In this document: positions 50,485 through 63,726 of the stretch, in pieces
How the letters are laid out: every line of letters starts with the position of its first letter
Numbering within the stretch: position 1 is the stretch's first letter
Origin: Mytilus trossulus
Lineage: Eukaryota
Direction of reading: 5' to 3'
Length of the DNA stretch: 64,000 nt
NCBI RefSeq assembly: GCF_036588685.1
Contig: NC_086380.1
Location: 44,826,001 to 44,890,000 of the forward strand
Program-made: the position numbers and the translations under genes
The notes under the pieces: model-generated
What the model was told of the DNA's origin: nothing
Databases searched by the model: none
Seen by the model: the letters and a program-made list of their open reading frames with translations, nothing else

Positions 50485-53400
50485 CTGCAAGAAAAATGTT
50501 GAAATAATGTGACCGTAACACGTATGTGTCTAAAACATTTTTTTTGTTTAACGAATAACTAAATGAAGAAGTTAAAGTAAATGATGCAGAGGCTGCATTT
50601 TCTGCATTCAAGAAAATCCAATGAAAATTACTTGCGATCCGGATTATCATAAACAAATGTTTATTTATATATGTTTTAAACCCAATTAAACAGAAACAAG
50701 TTTTCGAAAGGCTCACGTAGTGCATTTAACCATATTTGAAAAAAAATCAATGTTTTCTTTTGTTTTTACTTATTTTATAAAACTTTATCGGGGCATTTTA
50801 TAGCTTTTTTATGCTGTATTGTTGGCTTCATTGTTGAAAGCCGTACAGTGCTTACCGTTATCAATATCTACGTCATTTTGCGTATATTAGATAGTTGTCT
50901 CATTAGTAATCATAGCAATCATTAAACATCTCCTTATTTTATATTTGAATTGAAATCCTGTTACTTTTGTTTAAATGAACAGATGTGTAACGTATATGAA
51001 TATTTAAGAATGATACTAATAAATACATATCCTTACAATTGATTCTTAACGACAAATAGTTCATGCATGTTAAGGATTATAACAAATTTCTTTTTCAATA
51101 CAGCTCATAGCATATAACTGATGGAAATTATACAAAGGCATAGTGACCTAATAACAGAAATCATTTTAGGATATTTATAGCGATGAATGACAATCATAAT
51201 TTAATGGTATATATAAATGTGTTAATATTGAGCTTGATTTATTGCTTTCTTAACGACAAATAAAACACAGGTTTCCGGAATTACACGGCAGCATCAATTA
51301 TATACACTGACAAAGTATTTTATCTAATTAAATCGATCAGATATGTTTATTGTTATGATGTATGCTTGTCTTCGTCTTAAACGTATGAACTAAGATGTGC
51401 AAATCTTACAAACTAATTCAAGTAACAATGTAACCGAGGTTATACGGCTTTAACTTTTGTATATTAAAAATATATTTGAAGCTCTTGCTATTTCTTCTTA
51501 ATATATATATATGATAGGTAAAGATTACTATAAATCATGTTTTCATATATAACCATATATAATCTCAAGGCTTTGCCAAAGATATAATGAGATGGAGGTA
51601 AGTCGTAACTACTTATGTGAAAACTGGTACCTAATCATATCTTCTCTGTCAATTTCTACTGCTGTATTTAAAAGTAAATATATGTATGTCCTTTGTTCAC
51701 TAGGTTACTGATTGGCAATCATGTCACAACTTTTTGCATAAATATATATATACACATTCTACCACTGCATCGAGACAGTTACAATTTCGATTGCAAAAAA
51801 ATATTGCCAACGTATATTCTTATCTTTCACTTGCAGTTGGTTAATACTTAACGCTATAGACATTGTCTTAATCGGAACATTTTGAAAAATAACTGAATTT
51901 TCCGGCAAATCATAGAAGACCTAACCTTGTCAGGTGTTATATAAAAAGGCAAGAAATTACTAATCATTTTCTAAAATGTCATGCCTGAAAAAAGATAGTC
52001 AATTTAATGTTAATAAAATGCATGAATCTTACAGACATGTAGAATTGTAACTATATTAGTATCAACAGATTATTATTTTTTATTAAGGTATTAGACGCAG
52101 ACTGATTTAAATTGTTTTTAGCTTTACAAGTTAAATACATGTCCTTAATATGAATACATACGATACCTGCACGACTTGATATGGATTATGAATCGTGACT
52201 CTCAATATTCAAAACCATCACAATAAGTCTTAATATGTGTGATAAGTATACATTAATGCACATCATTTCATATCGGTCAAAACGTAATGTCTATGTGTTT
52301 GCAGAAAGATTTGGTGTGCAATAGAGGAAATTCATAAGCATAGATGTGAAAACTGGTGTCTCGTAATATCTTTTCCATCAATGCCTGCTGCTGTGTTGTC
52401 AAAATGCATGTCATATTCGCAATCATATCAAAATGCCATATTACAAACATAGTTTTTGCTCAGTCTTTAGTTTTCTATGTTTACTGTTGTTTGTGTGTTG
52501 GTCTTTTTTTTTTAAGCCATGGTATTGTCAGTTGATATTTGACTGATAAGTTAGAATGTCACTTTGGTATATTTTGCCTCTCTTCTTTTAGGCGCAAACT
52601 GTTTACAATCCTTAACAGTTTATTCACATAAATATTTGAATACGTCATTAATCTTGATATAGACGCAACCTGTACGATTTCATATAAATTATAAATCATG
52701 ACTCTCGTCCGTTTTGATTACGATCAAATGAAAATTCATTCTGATATTGAATGTTTACGTCTATCCGGTCATTACATAAAAATTACATACAAAAGTATGA
52801 ATATCGTTTCTAAATGTACGAATGAAGCATTGCAACGTACAGTGCGGTGATAGTTTTACTATATATCTATATCAAACCGTTAAAGACTATGTGTTATATA
52901 ATGGTAAATTTCATTGTAAGTTTTCATTTGTGAGATGGTCATGGCTGACTCAAAAAAGGTGTTTGATGAGTTAAAGCGCTAGCCTTATTTCAGGTGGAGT
53001 TGCCCCGATGCCATTGGGGGATAGGACTGGAGGTATATATAAATTTGCGTTCTTACATTGGGACTTTTGTCTGGAAATAATCATAAACAGTATAATTATA
53101 ATGTTTCATACAAGTAAACATTCCAAGTATAAATAGTGAAAAAATAGCATTTATTCTTGGTAGTTATTTTTTTTAAATAAATCAATATGACTTTTAGCCT
53201 TTGGAACACACATTTCGATATCTCCTATAGACATTTTTTTCAAATATTACCCAATGAGGGTATCATTCTTTGGTTGGCGCTCTATTAGAGGAAAAACAGA
53301 TTAAACAGATATTTTTAGAAAAACTATTTAAAACACATTCATATAAATTCAAGATCACCTTTATATAAAGGATTTAAAAAAAAAAACGCTATCGAAAACG

Positions 53401-56400
53401 AAATAAAGGATATTTAGTGATGAATTTAAACCTGTTATTGTGACTTTTTAAACTTTCATCACTTTTTGTTTATACCAGAGCCGTATACGTATTATAAACC
53501 AGATTAATCACAAAAGCCATATATCAATTGCTTTATTTCCAGTGTTTTTATTGGATATAAATAATATATTACCGTTTTTTTCTAAAGGTAAACAACTGCA
53601 GAATCTTAGTTTTAAATCTGCTGACATTATGTTAAATGTTGTTATCGAACTTGTATATCTTGGAGTATCATTTCTAGGAACATGAACTTTCACAGCAGCG
53701 AAAAGACATAAGCTGAGAACGCAACAGTGGCTATAATTTTTATGAACAATATTTTAAAAAGCGGAGGTTACATAATTTGAACATTTTGAAATGTAATCTT
53801 GAATTATTTGACAGTAGTTAAGCCAATATTACTGTACATGTGTGAAGTCTAGGGAATGGGTAACACCTCTGTTACAGCACATGCTATAGCACATGTTCGT
53901 CTTAAATTTTCTGACATACTGCGTGATCTTAACAAATCAACTCTTGACTTTGAATTTGATCAATTCTCACTGGATATTATTTATCAAATTACGAATTATT
54001 GAGCAAAGCTAGTAATTGGAGAGGAAAAGAAACGTCCTTGTATTCTGTATACAATCAGCTGGTTACTGATAATTTCAATGGATGCATAGTTTGATGTAAG
54101 AATGTGCTTTATAATTGTAGTCTATCAACTATAATTTATTAACAAATTTATAAGTAAAAAATGATTGTATTATACTGTTAAATTACGATTAACTGACCAG
54201 TTCAGAAAGACATGGTATGCTACTCTCCAGAACTTCCCGTTAGCTCTTTTAAAAATATAGATTATTAAAAAAAAACAGTCTAAATTTCGAAACCTACTTT
54301 AAATATTTTAAATGACACAAAAAAGGTTGCTTCATTTTGTAGTTTAAGAACTTTGAATCACCAAAACATTCCATAGAAATTGGTTAATGGCAGAATATTC
54401 AGAGAGAAAAGTGTTTTTGTCTTTCTGTAATTCCTGTAATATTGGCAACGAATTTCATAAGGTTTAAATTCTTCGGTACTAGACGAAAGTAGACAAACGC
54501 TATACAAGTATTATTTTGTGTGCAGACCATATATGATGTGCAAATTTATACGAATAATTAATAAATGCTTAAAATTTTCTGGGTAACCACTTGTTTTCTG
54601 TATTTTACATTTTACTTAAGTTTTATACTAGGTGTTTTAATCTATTTGTGTATATCTCTTTATAATTTTACTTTTGATTCCGAGAATGATAATACTTATT
54701 ATAAAATCCTATCGGGCTGTCACTGGCTAATACAGGACTCTGTGAGGGGAAAATGGAAAAGGATCATAGAATATATGGTGTCGCACAAGCAATGCTCAGT
54801 GAAGAAAAAATACTAAAAAAATAGTTTAGAAATTACCATCCACACTGATCTCTGTCCACACTTGTATACAACATTCTTCCTTATAAAAAAATAAAATTGT
54901 GTACAAAACAAAAGGCATCCCTAATTATCGGTGTTCCTACCTGACAGCTGCAATCATAAAAATGTGTAATGTGCCGAACATCTTCTGATAAGGGCTCTGT
55001 GTATTCATATAGTACAGGAACATCCGTTGAGTTATCTTTGTTTGCTGAAAATAAATCCTCATTTACTACTGTCTAAATAAGACAACAACTCTCTACGTAG
55101 AAATATAATGATAGGATATGCATACGATTTGTCGTAGTTGTACAAAACATTAAGAAATGAATATCAAGAAAGAAATGGGGTTTTACCATTTCACCTGAAC
55201 TTTATGCAATATTGATCTTATCTATATGTTTCGTGGTAGACAAGTGTCTCATGTTACAAATGCTAGCATACTTATCTCCAATTTGTGTTTAATCAAACTA
55301 ACCTCGTGAATTGTTTTGATCATACATACCATATATTAGGTACTTTTTACTGGGTTCCATACTCTGATTAAAGTGTTCACAAACACCAAAACATCTTATG
55401 GATCCACTGAAGTTCTTGAGGAGACTTGATCCATTCTATGTTTAAAAAAGAATATCGTATACATAATGTTTCCTGTTTTCTTTTATGTTGTATACAAAAC
55501 AAAATTGTCTTTCTAATAAGGGTCTTTTTTTGTGTCTGGTCCTACATTCAGTTGACGTTCTTTCATTTTGAAATGCATCACTGTTGCACTATCTAACCAG
55601 AAATGTACGTCTTTTCTGATATATCTGCATGGTAGCTTTTTGACAAGATATAGCGCTACATTTTTGTATAAAAACCATTCGTTCGTTGTCATGTTGAAAT
55701 TTATATGCAAATACTCTAAAGATAATAAGATTGCCTGATTTATATTTTTATTACGTTTTGAAGCTAAATGTAAGGGTCACCAGTCCAATTCGGTGTGTTT
55801 TCTCTGATCCCTAGAGTGATTTTTATAGAGTTTTTAACAGACGATCGTTTAGCAAAATATCGTTTCATAAACTGAACGATTAACAGCGGTCAGTAAAGTT
55901 TAAATTGACATGATTTGTAACATACTCTCCGGAATGGGTTTTGTGGTGTGGGTTTTGCTCATTCACGGTTGAAGAATGCACGGTGACCTATTACAGTTAT
56001 TTGTTCTATGTCAGTTGGTCTCAAGTGGTCTCATTGGGAATCATACCATACGATCTTATGTTCTTTGCTTGACTTCTCTGTTGACAAATCAAGAAATTAT
56101 TAAGAAACTAAGGTTCCAAATCCCTCAGCCGAAGTTGGCTTGTTTTTACTTTCAAGTATTATTTTTTTTCTGTGTTTCTTGTGAAGGTATACCAAGAAAA
56201 GCGTTTCTGGAGGCACGAAAATTTATAAAACATTATTTACATATAAGGTATATAAACAAAAGATACCTTATAAGTATGTAGTATATCAACTTTGTATGTT
56301 CTGTTCTCCATATTTTCCAAGCGCTCTTCATATGTCGCGTTTTCAGAATCTGTATTTGTCCACTTTATAACACGTGCCTCAAATACTACAACATACATTT

Positions 56401-57639
56401 CATATCTATAAATTTTCCTTTCATTTTTTGTACATAAATAATGCCATTAGTTTTCTCGTTTGAAATGTTTTATATGGTCATTTCGGGCCTTTTATAGCTT
56501 ACTATGCGATATTGGCTTTGCTTATTGTTGAAGGCCGTATGCTGACCTATAAATTTTAATTTCTGTGTCATTTTGGTCTCTTGTGGAGAGTTGTCTCACT
56601 GGCAATCATACCACATCTTTTTTTTTAATAGATATAATGTATTGCGTCAACTATCTTGCAATTTTCATATATTACAATCAGTAATCATGATTTTTCTGTG
56701 CCTAACATCATATTCTTTTTTAATTATTTGGAATTTAATCATTATTATTTCAAAGCAGTCAAATTGCAGAATAATTTGTGTACCAGGATACATTTCGTTA
56801 AGTATCACCAGTCTTGTTTAACAAACGATGTACTTGTACATGTATTTTCAAAACCTTAAATATACATGCATGTACTAAATAATTGCAGTAGAAACCTATA
56901 AAGCATATGAATGAATAAAAATCCATATTATGCATCAAATCAATTCTATTTTCGCATGCACCATGTGCATTTCTAAGCCTTATTGTCTCTGAATTATTTT
57001 TTACTGTCATAAACAATTTATTTTAATTTTAGTTTAGGAAACTTATTATGCAACAGGGTTTTGTTCTGGTAATTTAAGGAAAATCGTTTATATTAAATTT
57101 CTGCGGTTTAATCATATCTATGTTGCAAATTGTGTTTTGAATACATAAAAAATCCCCTCGGAAATCTCATTAATATTTTCATTTAATTTCAAAAAGAAAA
57201 AAAATATTTGAAAGATTTTGTTCATACAAAATAGACATAAAAAAATTTATGACATGAACGGATTGGACATATCCTCATTTTGCTGTTAGAATAACCTGCA
57301 TGTAAGGTAATAGTTCGTTAGTCTCCATTGTTTTTCGTCACCACAATAGGTGCAGATAAATTGTTCAGATCTTCATCCTTTGATCTACACACTGTACGAG
57401 TAGCTGTCTCAATGGCAATTATACCACCGTGTGACTCTTTAAAAAAAAATGATCATTTTGTTATACAATGTTTTCAGTAACCGTTCAATATTAAATAAAA
57501 ATATCGTACCGAAATCTGAATGGCAGAATTTGCTCTGAGAATGAAGATATGTCGGTATGCATCCTAGAATTTGAGAAACTATAGTAAGGAAAAGAAATAA
57601 ATTCACAAAGACGGATAGTGGCTGAAGTAAGGACGACAT
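50215..57639 (-). CDS. TIMP: Divergent TIMP (NTR-domain) family gene, 5 coding exons, 242 aa: join(57510..57639, 56267..56385, 55330..55435, 54941..55044, 50215..50484)
   Basis: Exons of 130+119+106+104+270 nt sum to 729 nt in one frame, with intron phases 1,0,1,0 at TIMP-like positions. A signal peptide precedes CIPTYLHSQSKFCHSDFVFEARV (cf. CxCxxxHPQxxFCxSDxVIRAK). Further motifs are YKVDILHTYK, KKYLIY, YDCSCQI and YCGRDQNGSCSW. Confidence 0.85.
54941..55044 (-). CDS. TIMP-like exon 4
   Basis: Acceptor TTTTCAG|CA; encodes ANKDNSTDVPVLYEYTEPLSEDVRHITHFYDCSCQ; donor CAG|GTAGG. Confidence 0.82.
55330..55435 (-). CDS. TIMP-like exon 3
   Basis: Acceptor CATAG|AAT; encodes NGSSLLKNFSGSIRCFGVCEHFNQSMEPSKKYLIY; donor G|GTATGT. 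Confidence 0.8.
56267..56385 (-). CDS. TIMP-like exon 2
   Basis: Acceptor TTGTAG|TA; encodes VFEARVIKWTNTDSENATYEERLENMENRTYKVDILHTYK; donor AAG|GTATC. Confidence 0.85.
57510..57639 (-). CDS. TIMP-like exon 1 (signal peptide and N-terminus)
   Basis: Encodes MSSLLQPLSVFVNLFLFLTIVSQILG|CIPTYLHSQSKFCHSDF; donor G|GTACG is phase 1. Confidence 0.85.
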
Positions 57640-59994
57640 ATTTAATAGTGTATTTAGGTACGTATGAGTATACAATCAAAAATGTGCATAAAATGCCCTT
57701 AATGCTAAAAACATAAAAACATTAATAAACCTCTGTATTACGTTTCTTGTAAACAACCTCCAGCAAATGACTTGTCCATCTTTACTAAACAACAAACCAC
57801 ATACCATAAGGTGAATTAATGATTTAAAGGATTGGTATTAAAATAAACATGTGTGGGTAATATATATAAATAAAAGGAGATGTTGTATTAACGAGACAGA
57901 AATCCGTAAACACTTATAAGGGAATCAACAATCACAATATCACACAGAAAGAATGTGGAATAATTTTTTTTTTAAACAATGTCAATTTCAAGTGACCAAT
58001 ATCAGGAAAACTTAAAAATACAAGTTTGCTTCCATTAAAGTATGCTTCATAAAAATCATAAAAATTTATATATAAGATCTTATTTAATTTCCGACAAGCC
58101 CTATCATGAAAATTAGCAATTAAAAAACTGGCAAACGGATACATTGAATAATTGAGTATTTGTGATAATTGTAACGTTTCAGTTGGGAGAATTATATAGT
58201 GATGTCCATAACTTAGATACGCGTTACCAAGTTCAGAGATTTTCTAAAATGGATACGATCTCGAGAGACATAAAGAAGGGTCCATAGTCACTGAAAAAAT
58301 AAGTGAAAAATTGGTTAATGGTCGTACACCAGGTCACATATTAAGAATGTAGCTTAAATGATCTGAGGTAAGATTAAACAAATCAAGATTTCAAAATCAA
58401 TACTTTAAGCTGAAAGAGTATTAGCTAAGGATCAAAATAAACTAAACATATTGATGGGTCTTCGATCTCCTTTTCGATATATTTGATTCATAAAATATGG
58501 TGGGAAAAGGCTGACTCGGACCTTTACCTTATATTTGCTTTGATATTACTTGGGTCTTAAATCAATAATCTGCTTAAATTTTGTCACACGACCTTTTATG
58601 GGCTATTTAGTCTTATGTTAAAAGTTAATAGGTGTTATGGGGCAAAATATTTTACATTGTATCATAATATGGAAAACACCAAGGAGTCCGTACATTTGAC
58701 ACTAATTTCAAAACCCCACCTAAGTACATCCTAAACAATTCTGGGCCACAATTCTATAGTGTTGATGCACAGATTCTTTCATTGCTAGGTTAGACGTATT
58801 TTCAGCGTGTAAGATTGCCCTTCGAGAGAATAGTTTGTGACACTTTAGATGTCAAAACACCAATTAATTTCTCTAATTTTGAACGTATCCCTTCTCTGAC
58901 ACAAAATAGTGCTTTTAATGTCATTGTTTACTTAAACTAACCAAAAAATTTGAAGAAAATTATTGTGAAAGAAAAATATATTTATAACATTTTGAGCCAA
59001 AATTTACATGTCTATGAGTTAGCATAAAAAAAATCAGGTTAAATGTGCTCTATGGTATACTAATTTAAGATTTACAGAAAAGTAGGAGTTATTTTCAAAT
59101 TGGTAGCACCTATGTTCCCAGGGTCACGTTTTTCTTATACGACTTTATAGGTAGGTTGAAAATTTGCATAAAGAAAGATGATATATGTACAATTCAGGAT
59201 ATTCCTGGTTTCTATGAAGTTAATCTTAAGATGAAATATTTAGATAACTGTGAAAATTGCAAAATTTGGTTGAACATGCAGATCGGATTTTTAATTGGTT
59301 GTCTAACACCTATATAGATACTACAGGAGCACCTGAAATGCCGATTTTTGGTAGGGTGCATATTGCTGAATCTAAATTGTCTTTGTAATGAGTTGTTGTC
59401 TTTTCGTCATTTTTCCTTTCATGGTTATATTGTTTTCAGCTTTTGAGTTTGCAATCTTTAGTCTTTTTTATATTACTATCAAAAGAGGAACATGTTCAGC
59501 TTATTAAAAGACGAAAATATAATAGTTTAATTAAAGCTATACCATGTCATAGAATACTTATTCAGCATTATTTCAATAGATATAAAAGTACACATTTTAA
59601 CTGACAACACGGTTGAACTTTTGCTCTCGGTCTCATCTCGCTAGAGACAGCTTGATTGGTCTATTCCAAATCTACTGACGAGTTAATATAACTACTGTTG
59701 CCTCTAATTTCTCCCTTAAATTATAGTTGTCTTGAAATAATTTGACATAAAAATACATAACTGATCTAGGGTTCCTATACATTATTGACAAATGAAATAA
59801 AATGGATTTGTATACTTGTTCTATTAACAACTAAACAAGAGGCTCCTAAGATTCTAAATAACTAAGCTGGATATTTTTGTAGATCTTGTATCGATGATAT
59901 TTGGCTGTTTAATGTTTATTAATGCATGTTTGTTACGTGCTATTTAAAATCTCTCTGTCTATTATAGTTTTTGCAAAACTGTAAACATCTGTTT

Positions 59995-61635
59995 TCAAGA
60001 GTGAACATGCTGAAATGTCTCGCCTGCTTTCTGGCCATTGATTTTAAGTTGAAAGTCCTGAATGCGAAACTTCACTACAAGTATCACATAATCTTAACCA
60101 GTAACATATAGTTTGATAAATTGTTCACATTGAGTCTTAACATGATCCAAGAAATAAGGTAAAGGTCAGACAAACAAAACAGGAAATGCTTGTACACCTT
60201 ACAATCCTTCTCAACACCAAGTATAGTTGACCTTATGCTTAGTTTCTTAGAATTAAACTAAACCAGAAAACTTAACATTCACCAATGAACCCTGAAAATA
60301 TGGTCAAGGTTTAGATAAACAATGACAGGCAGACATGCCCACCTTACAATCAATCTATGCATTAAATTTGGTTTACCTGTTGCTTATAGTTTATAAGAAA
60401 CAAACTTAAACATTAAAACTTAATATTGACTACTGAACCATGAAAATGAGGTCAAGGTCAAATGATACCTGGCAGACAGACATATCACTTAATATGGTTT
60501 TAGAAAAACATACCAAAACACAAAAAACCAAACACTCAGGGATGAACCATGAAAATGAGTTCAAGATCAAATAAAACCTGTCAGTTGGACATTTACACCT
60601 TACTTTCATTCCATACACCAAATATAGTAGACTGTTTGTTTATAGTAACTAATATATGGACTTGAACAAGACTGGCAAGTACATCATAAAATATTTCCAT
60701 ACACTAAATATAGTTGACCTATTGCATATTGTATTAGAAAAACGACAAAACACAAAAACTAACCACTGAACCATGAAAATTAGGTCAAGTTCATATAGTA
60801 CTTTTCAGTTGGACATGTACACCTTACAATCATTCCATACAACAAATAAAGTAGACATTAAATTTGCTTATAGTATCAAATATATATGGACTTGAACACG
60901 AAAAAAATACCTGTTCACTGATCCATGAAATGAGGTCAAGGTCAAATAAAACGGTCTGATGGGCATGAGAACATTGAAAGGTACAATGTACACTCATACT
61001 AAGTACATATATATTTATCCATAGTGAGAAAACTAAGCAAATGAGGTCATGGACATATACCAGGTCAGGTTCACTCTTTTTCAGTTAGATGAATTCAGCC
61101 TTTTTCAACTGATTTTTATAGTTCGTTCTTATGTTGTACTGTTACACCACTGTCCCAGGTTAGGGACAGTTTGGAATCCCACTAACATGTTAAACCAAGC
61201 CACATTCTAAAATGTATGTATGTGCCTGTCCAAAGTCATGACACTGTTATTCAGTGGTTGTCGTTTGTTAATGTGCTACATATTTGTTTTTCGTTACATT
61301 TTTGTACATAAATTAGGCTGTTAGTTTTCTCGTTTGATATATGACTATGCGGTATGGGCTTTACTTAGTGTTGAAGGCCATTCGGGTGACCTATAGTTGT
61401 TATCTTCTGTATCATTTTGGTTTCTTGTATAGAGTTGTCTCATTGGCAACTATGCCATACTTTTTTATATATAAATATGACAGACTGACACTTCATAATA
61501 TAAGGAATCTATAAACAAAGAATGAAGCATCCAGGTTTTTCACCTTCTAAAATATAAAGCTTTCTACACGGCCACTCTGCTGACAGATCACTGTTCCTAT
61601 GTCTAATTCTCTGCAACAAAAGTCATAGGATTGAC
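59995..61635. mobile_element. Helentron/HINE-like element with internal tandem repeats and a nested family C copy
   Basis: Repeated TGAACCATGAAAATGAGGTCAAGGTCA...ACACCTTACAATC...ACCAAATATAGT units over 60130-60990. Confidence 0.6.
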
Positions 61636-61877
61636 TAAAATGAAGAAGAAAAAAGTTGAAACAATTGAAGAGTCTTAAATCCTATTAGAGGTCAACTGAC
61701 AATTTTGGTCATGTAGACTTTTTGTAGATCTTGCTATGCTGAACATTTTGAAACTCTCAAATTTCTGTCTATCTTTCATAATTGCTGAAATAAAGTTATT
61801 TGGCAAAATTTTAACACCCAATGAAATAATTTTCAGATCTCATTTTGCTAGGTATTTTATTGTTTCTCATCATTGTA

Positions 61878-63006
61878 AAAGAGGGACGAAAGATACCAAA
61901 GGGACAGTCAAACTCATAAATCTAAAACAAACTGACAACGCCATGGCTAAAAATGAAAAAGACAAACAGAAAAACAATAGTACACATGACACAACATAGA
62001 AAACTAAAGAATAAACAACACGAACCCCACCAAAAACTAGGGGTGATCTCATGTGCTCCGGAAGGGTAAGCAGATCCTGCTCCACATGCAGCACCCGTCG
62101 TGTTGCTTATGTGATTACAAATCCGGTAAATAGTCTAATTCGGTAGGTCAAATTCATGAAAGGGAAGGTGATTGTAGTTACGACGTACGGAACATATCCG
62201 ATATCATTTGTGAAATGGTTATTCCATAACGGTCAACCAACTCGTGATGGCGTCCGTAAAAAGTAAAATCACAAAAATACTGAACTCAGAGGAAAATCAA
62301 TTTGGAAAGTCCATAATCACATGGCAAAATCAAAAAACAAAATTTACGAAGGGATGATTTCAACTTCACCATTTGGAACTCTTGATTTAAAAGCTTCCTT
62401 GTGAGCAGTAACCCTCTATCAAGAAAATCATGATAGGAAATGCAAGCACGGGAATATCGTATCAATTGAGAGATATATACCCCGTATGCAGGTGCTGCTG
62501 GAATGTTGCTACTTAGAAATGGAAAGTTCACAATTAGAAAGCTGAAATCATCTCTTTTGTCGTAAAGTTTTGTCTTCAACCGACCCTCATTGTCAATTTC
62601 TAGATGTAAGTCAAGATATGAAGCTGACTTAACTCTATCTGTAGTATCCTTTATCTCCAATTCGATGGGATAGATGCGTTCCACATAGTCACCAAATTTT
62701 GAATTGTTTAGTGAAAGAACGTCATCTATATAGCGGAAAGTAGAGTTAAAGGATATTGCTAACTTCTTATCTTTCTTCCTAAGAAGTTCCTGCATGAAGT
62801 CAGCCTCATAATAATAAAGAAACAAGTCAGCAAGTAGAGGGGCACAGTTTGTTCCCATTGGGATGCCGACAGTCTGTTGAAAAACACGTCCTCCGAACGT
62901 AACAAATATGTTGTCAATCCATCTTGATAATATCGGTTTCAGAGAATTTTTTGTTTGAATCAGAGTGATTCTTTACAAAGTAGGATTTATCCCTCCCTAA
63001 GACAAG
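61878..63006 (-). mobile_element. Penelope-like retroelement, 5'-truncated, RT disrupted
   Basis: ORF 62286-62858 has GTNCAPLLADLFL, FRYIDD, YLDL, YDKRDDF and SNIP..AYGVYISQLIRY; an ~80-bp family E insertion at 62261-62338 breaks the C-terminus. Confidence 0.88.
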
Positions 63007-63227
63007 TAATATATATGTAAATGAATGTGTATGCTTAATCCTGTTTGTTGTTTATCAGTAGTGATTATCAAGATAAAATATTGAAAAAATTAGTAAGAAA
63101 TTGTCATTCAAGGGTAATTACTAATTTAATGAGTTGTTTTTTCAGTAATATTGGCCTTTCTGTGGATCTATTTTGCTGTTTTTAAAAATGAGTTTCAAGA
63201 TACTAGAACAAGGCAAAGACTTTTATC

Positions 63228-63726
63228 TTACCTCCTATATATTTGTAGGAGTATGATTGGTTAAAAGCGTCCTCGTGGAAACCGTGTATATGTAATATTA
63301 GATTAGTTGGGAGGCGGGGCTTATTTCATAAACGGTTAGTAGTGGAGTCCCTTTAGAAAAACAAAACAGTACTGAGAAAAAATCTTAAAAGTTTCAACAA
63401 ACGAAGAAAGTGATGATAAAGTGAAATAAATTCATAAAACACATTTAAATCTAACAAGTTGTCATTGTTGGCATCTGTTTTTTAGGATCAAAGGAAGTAG
63501 TTTCTTAATCATGTTAATGCTAACTGTACTGAAGACTTGCTCATTCTGATAGGTCACTAGTCGAAAATTTTACACGTTAAGATAGTTGGTAAGATATATT
63601 TGTTACATAGTGTGCTAGTGACCTAATACGGTATATATGGGGTCAGTAAATTCCGAATGGGGATTCGAGCTTCGCTCTCACCCCATATATACAGTATTAG
63701 GTCACTAACACGCTATGTAACTAATA
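63228..63726. mobile_element. Unclassified element with a ~45-bp terminal inverted repeat
   Basis: GTTACATAGTGTGCTAGTGACCTAATACGGTATATATGGGGT pairs with ACCCCATATATACAGTATTAGGTCACTAACACGCTATGTAAC. Confidence 0.55.

Noticed and set aside
53508-53693. ORF containing CSCLP, reminiscent of a TIMP N-terminus
   Set aside because: No signal peptide before it and no HPQ..FC motif after it.
55513-55710. 65-aa ORF within TIMP intron 2
   Set aside because: Not needed for frame continuity and has no TIMP motif.
56740-56855. VLKIHVQ... as a candidate TIMP exon 2
   Set aside because: Wrong acceptor phase and in-frame stops; 56267-56385 fits better.
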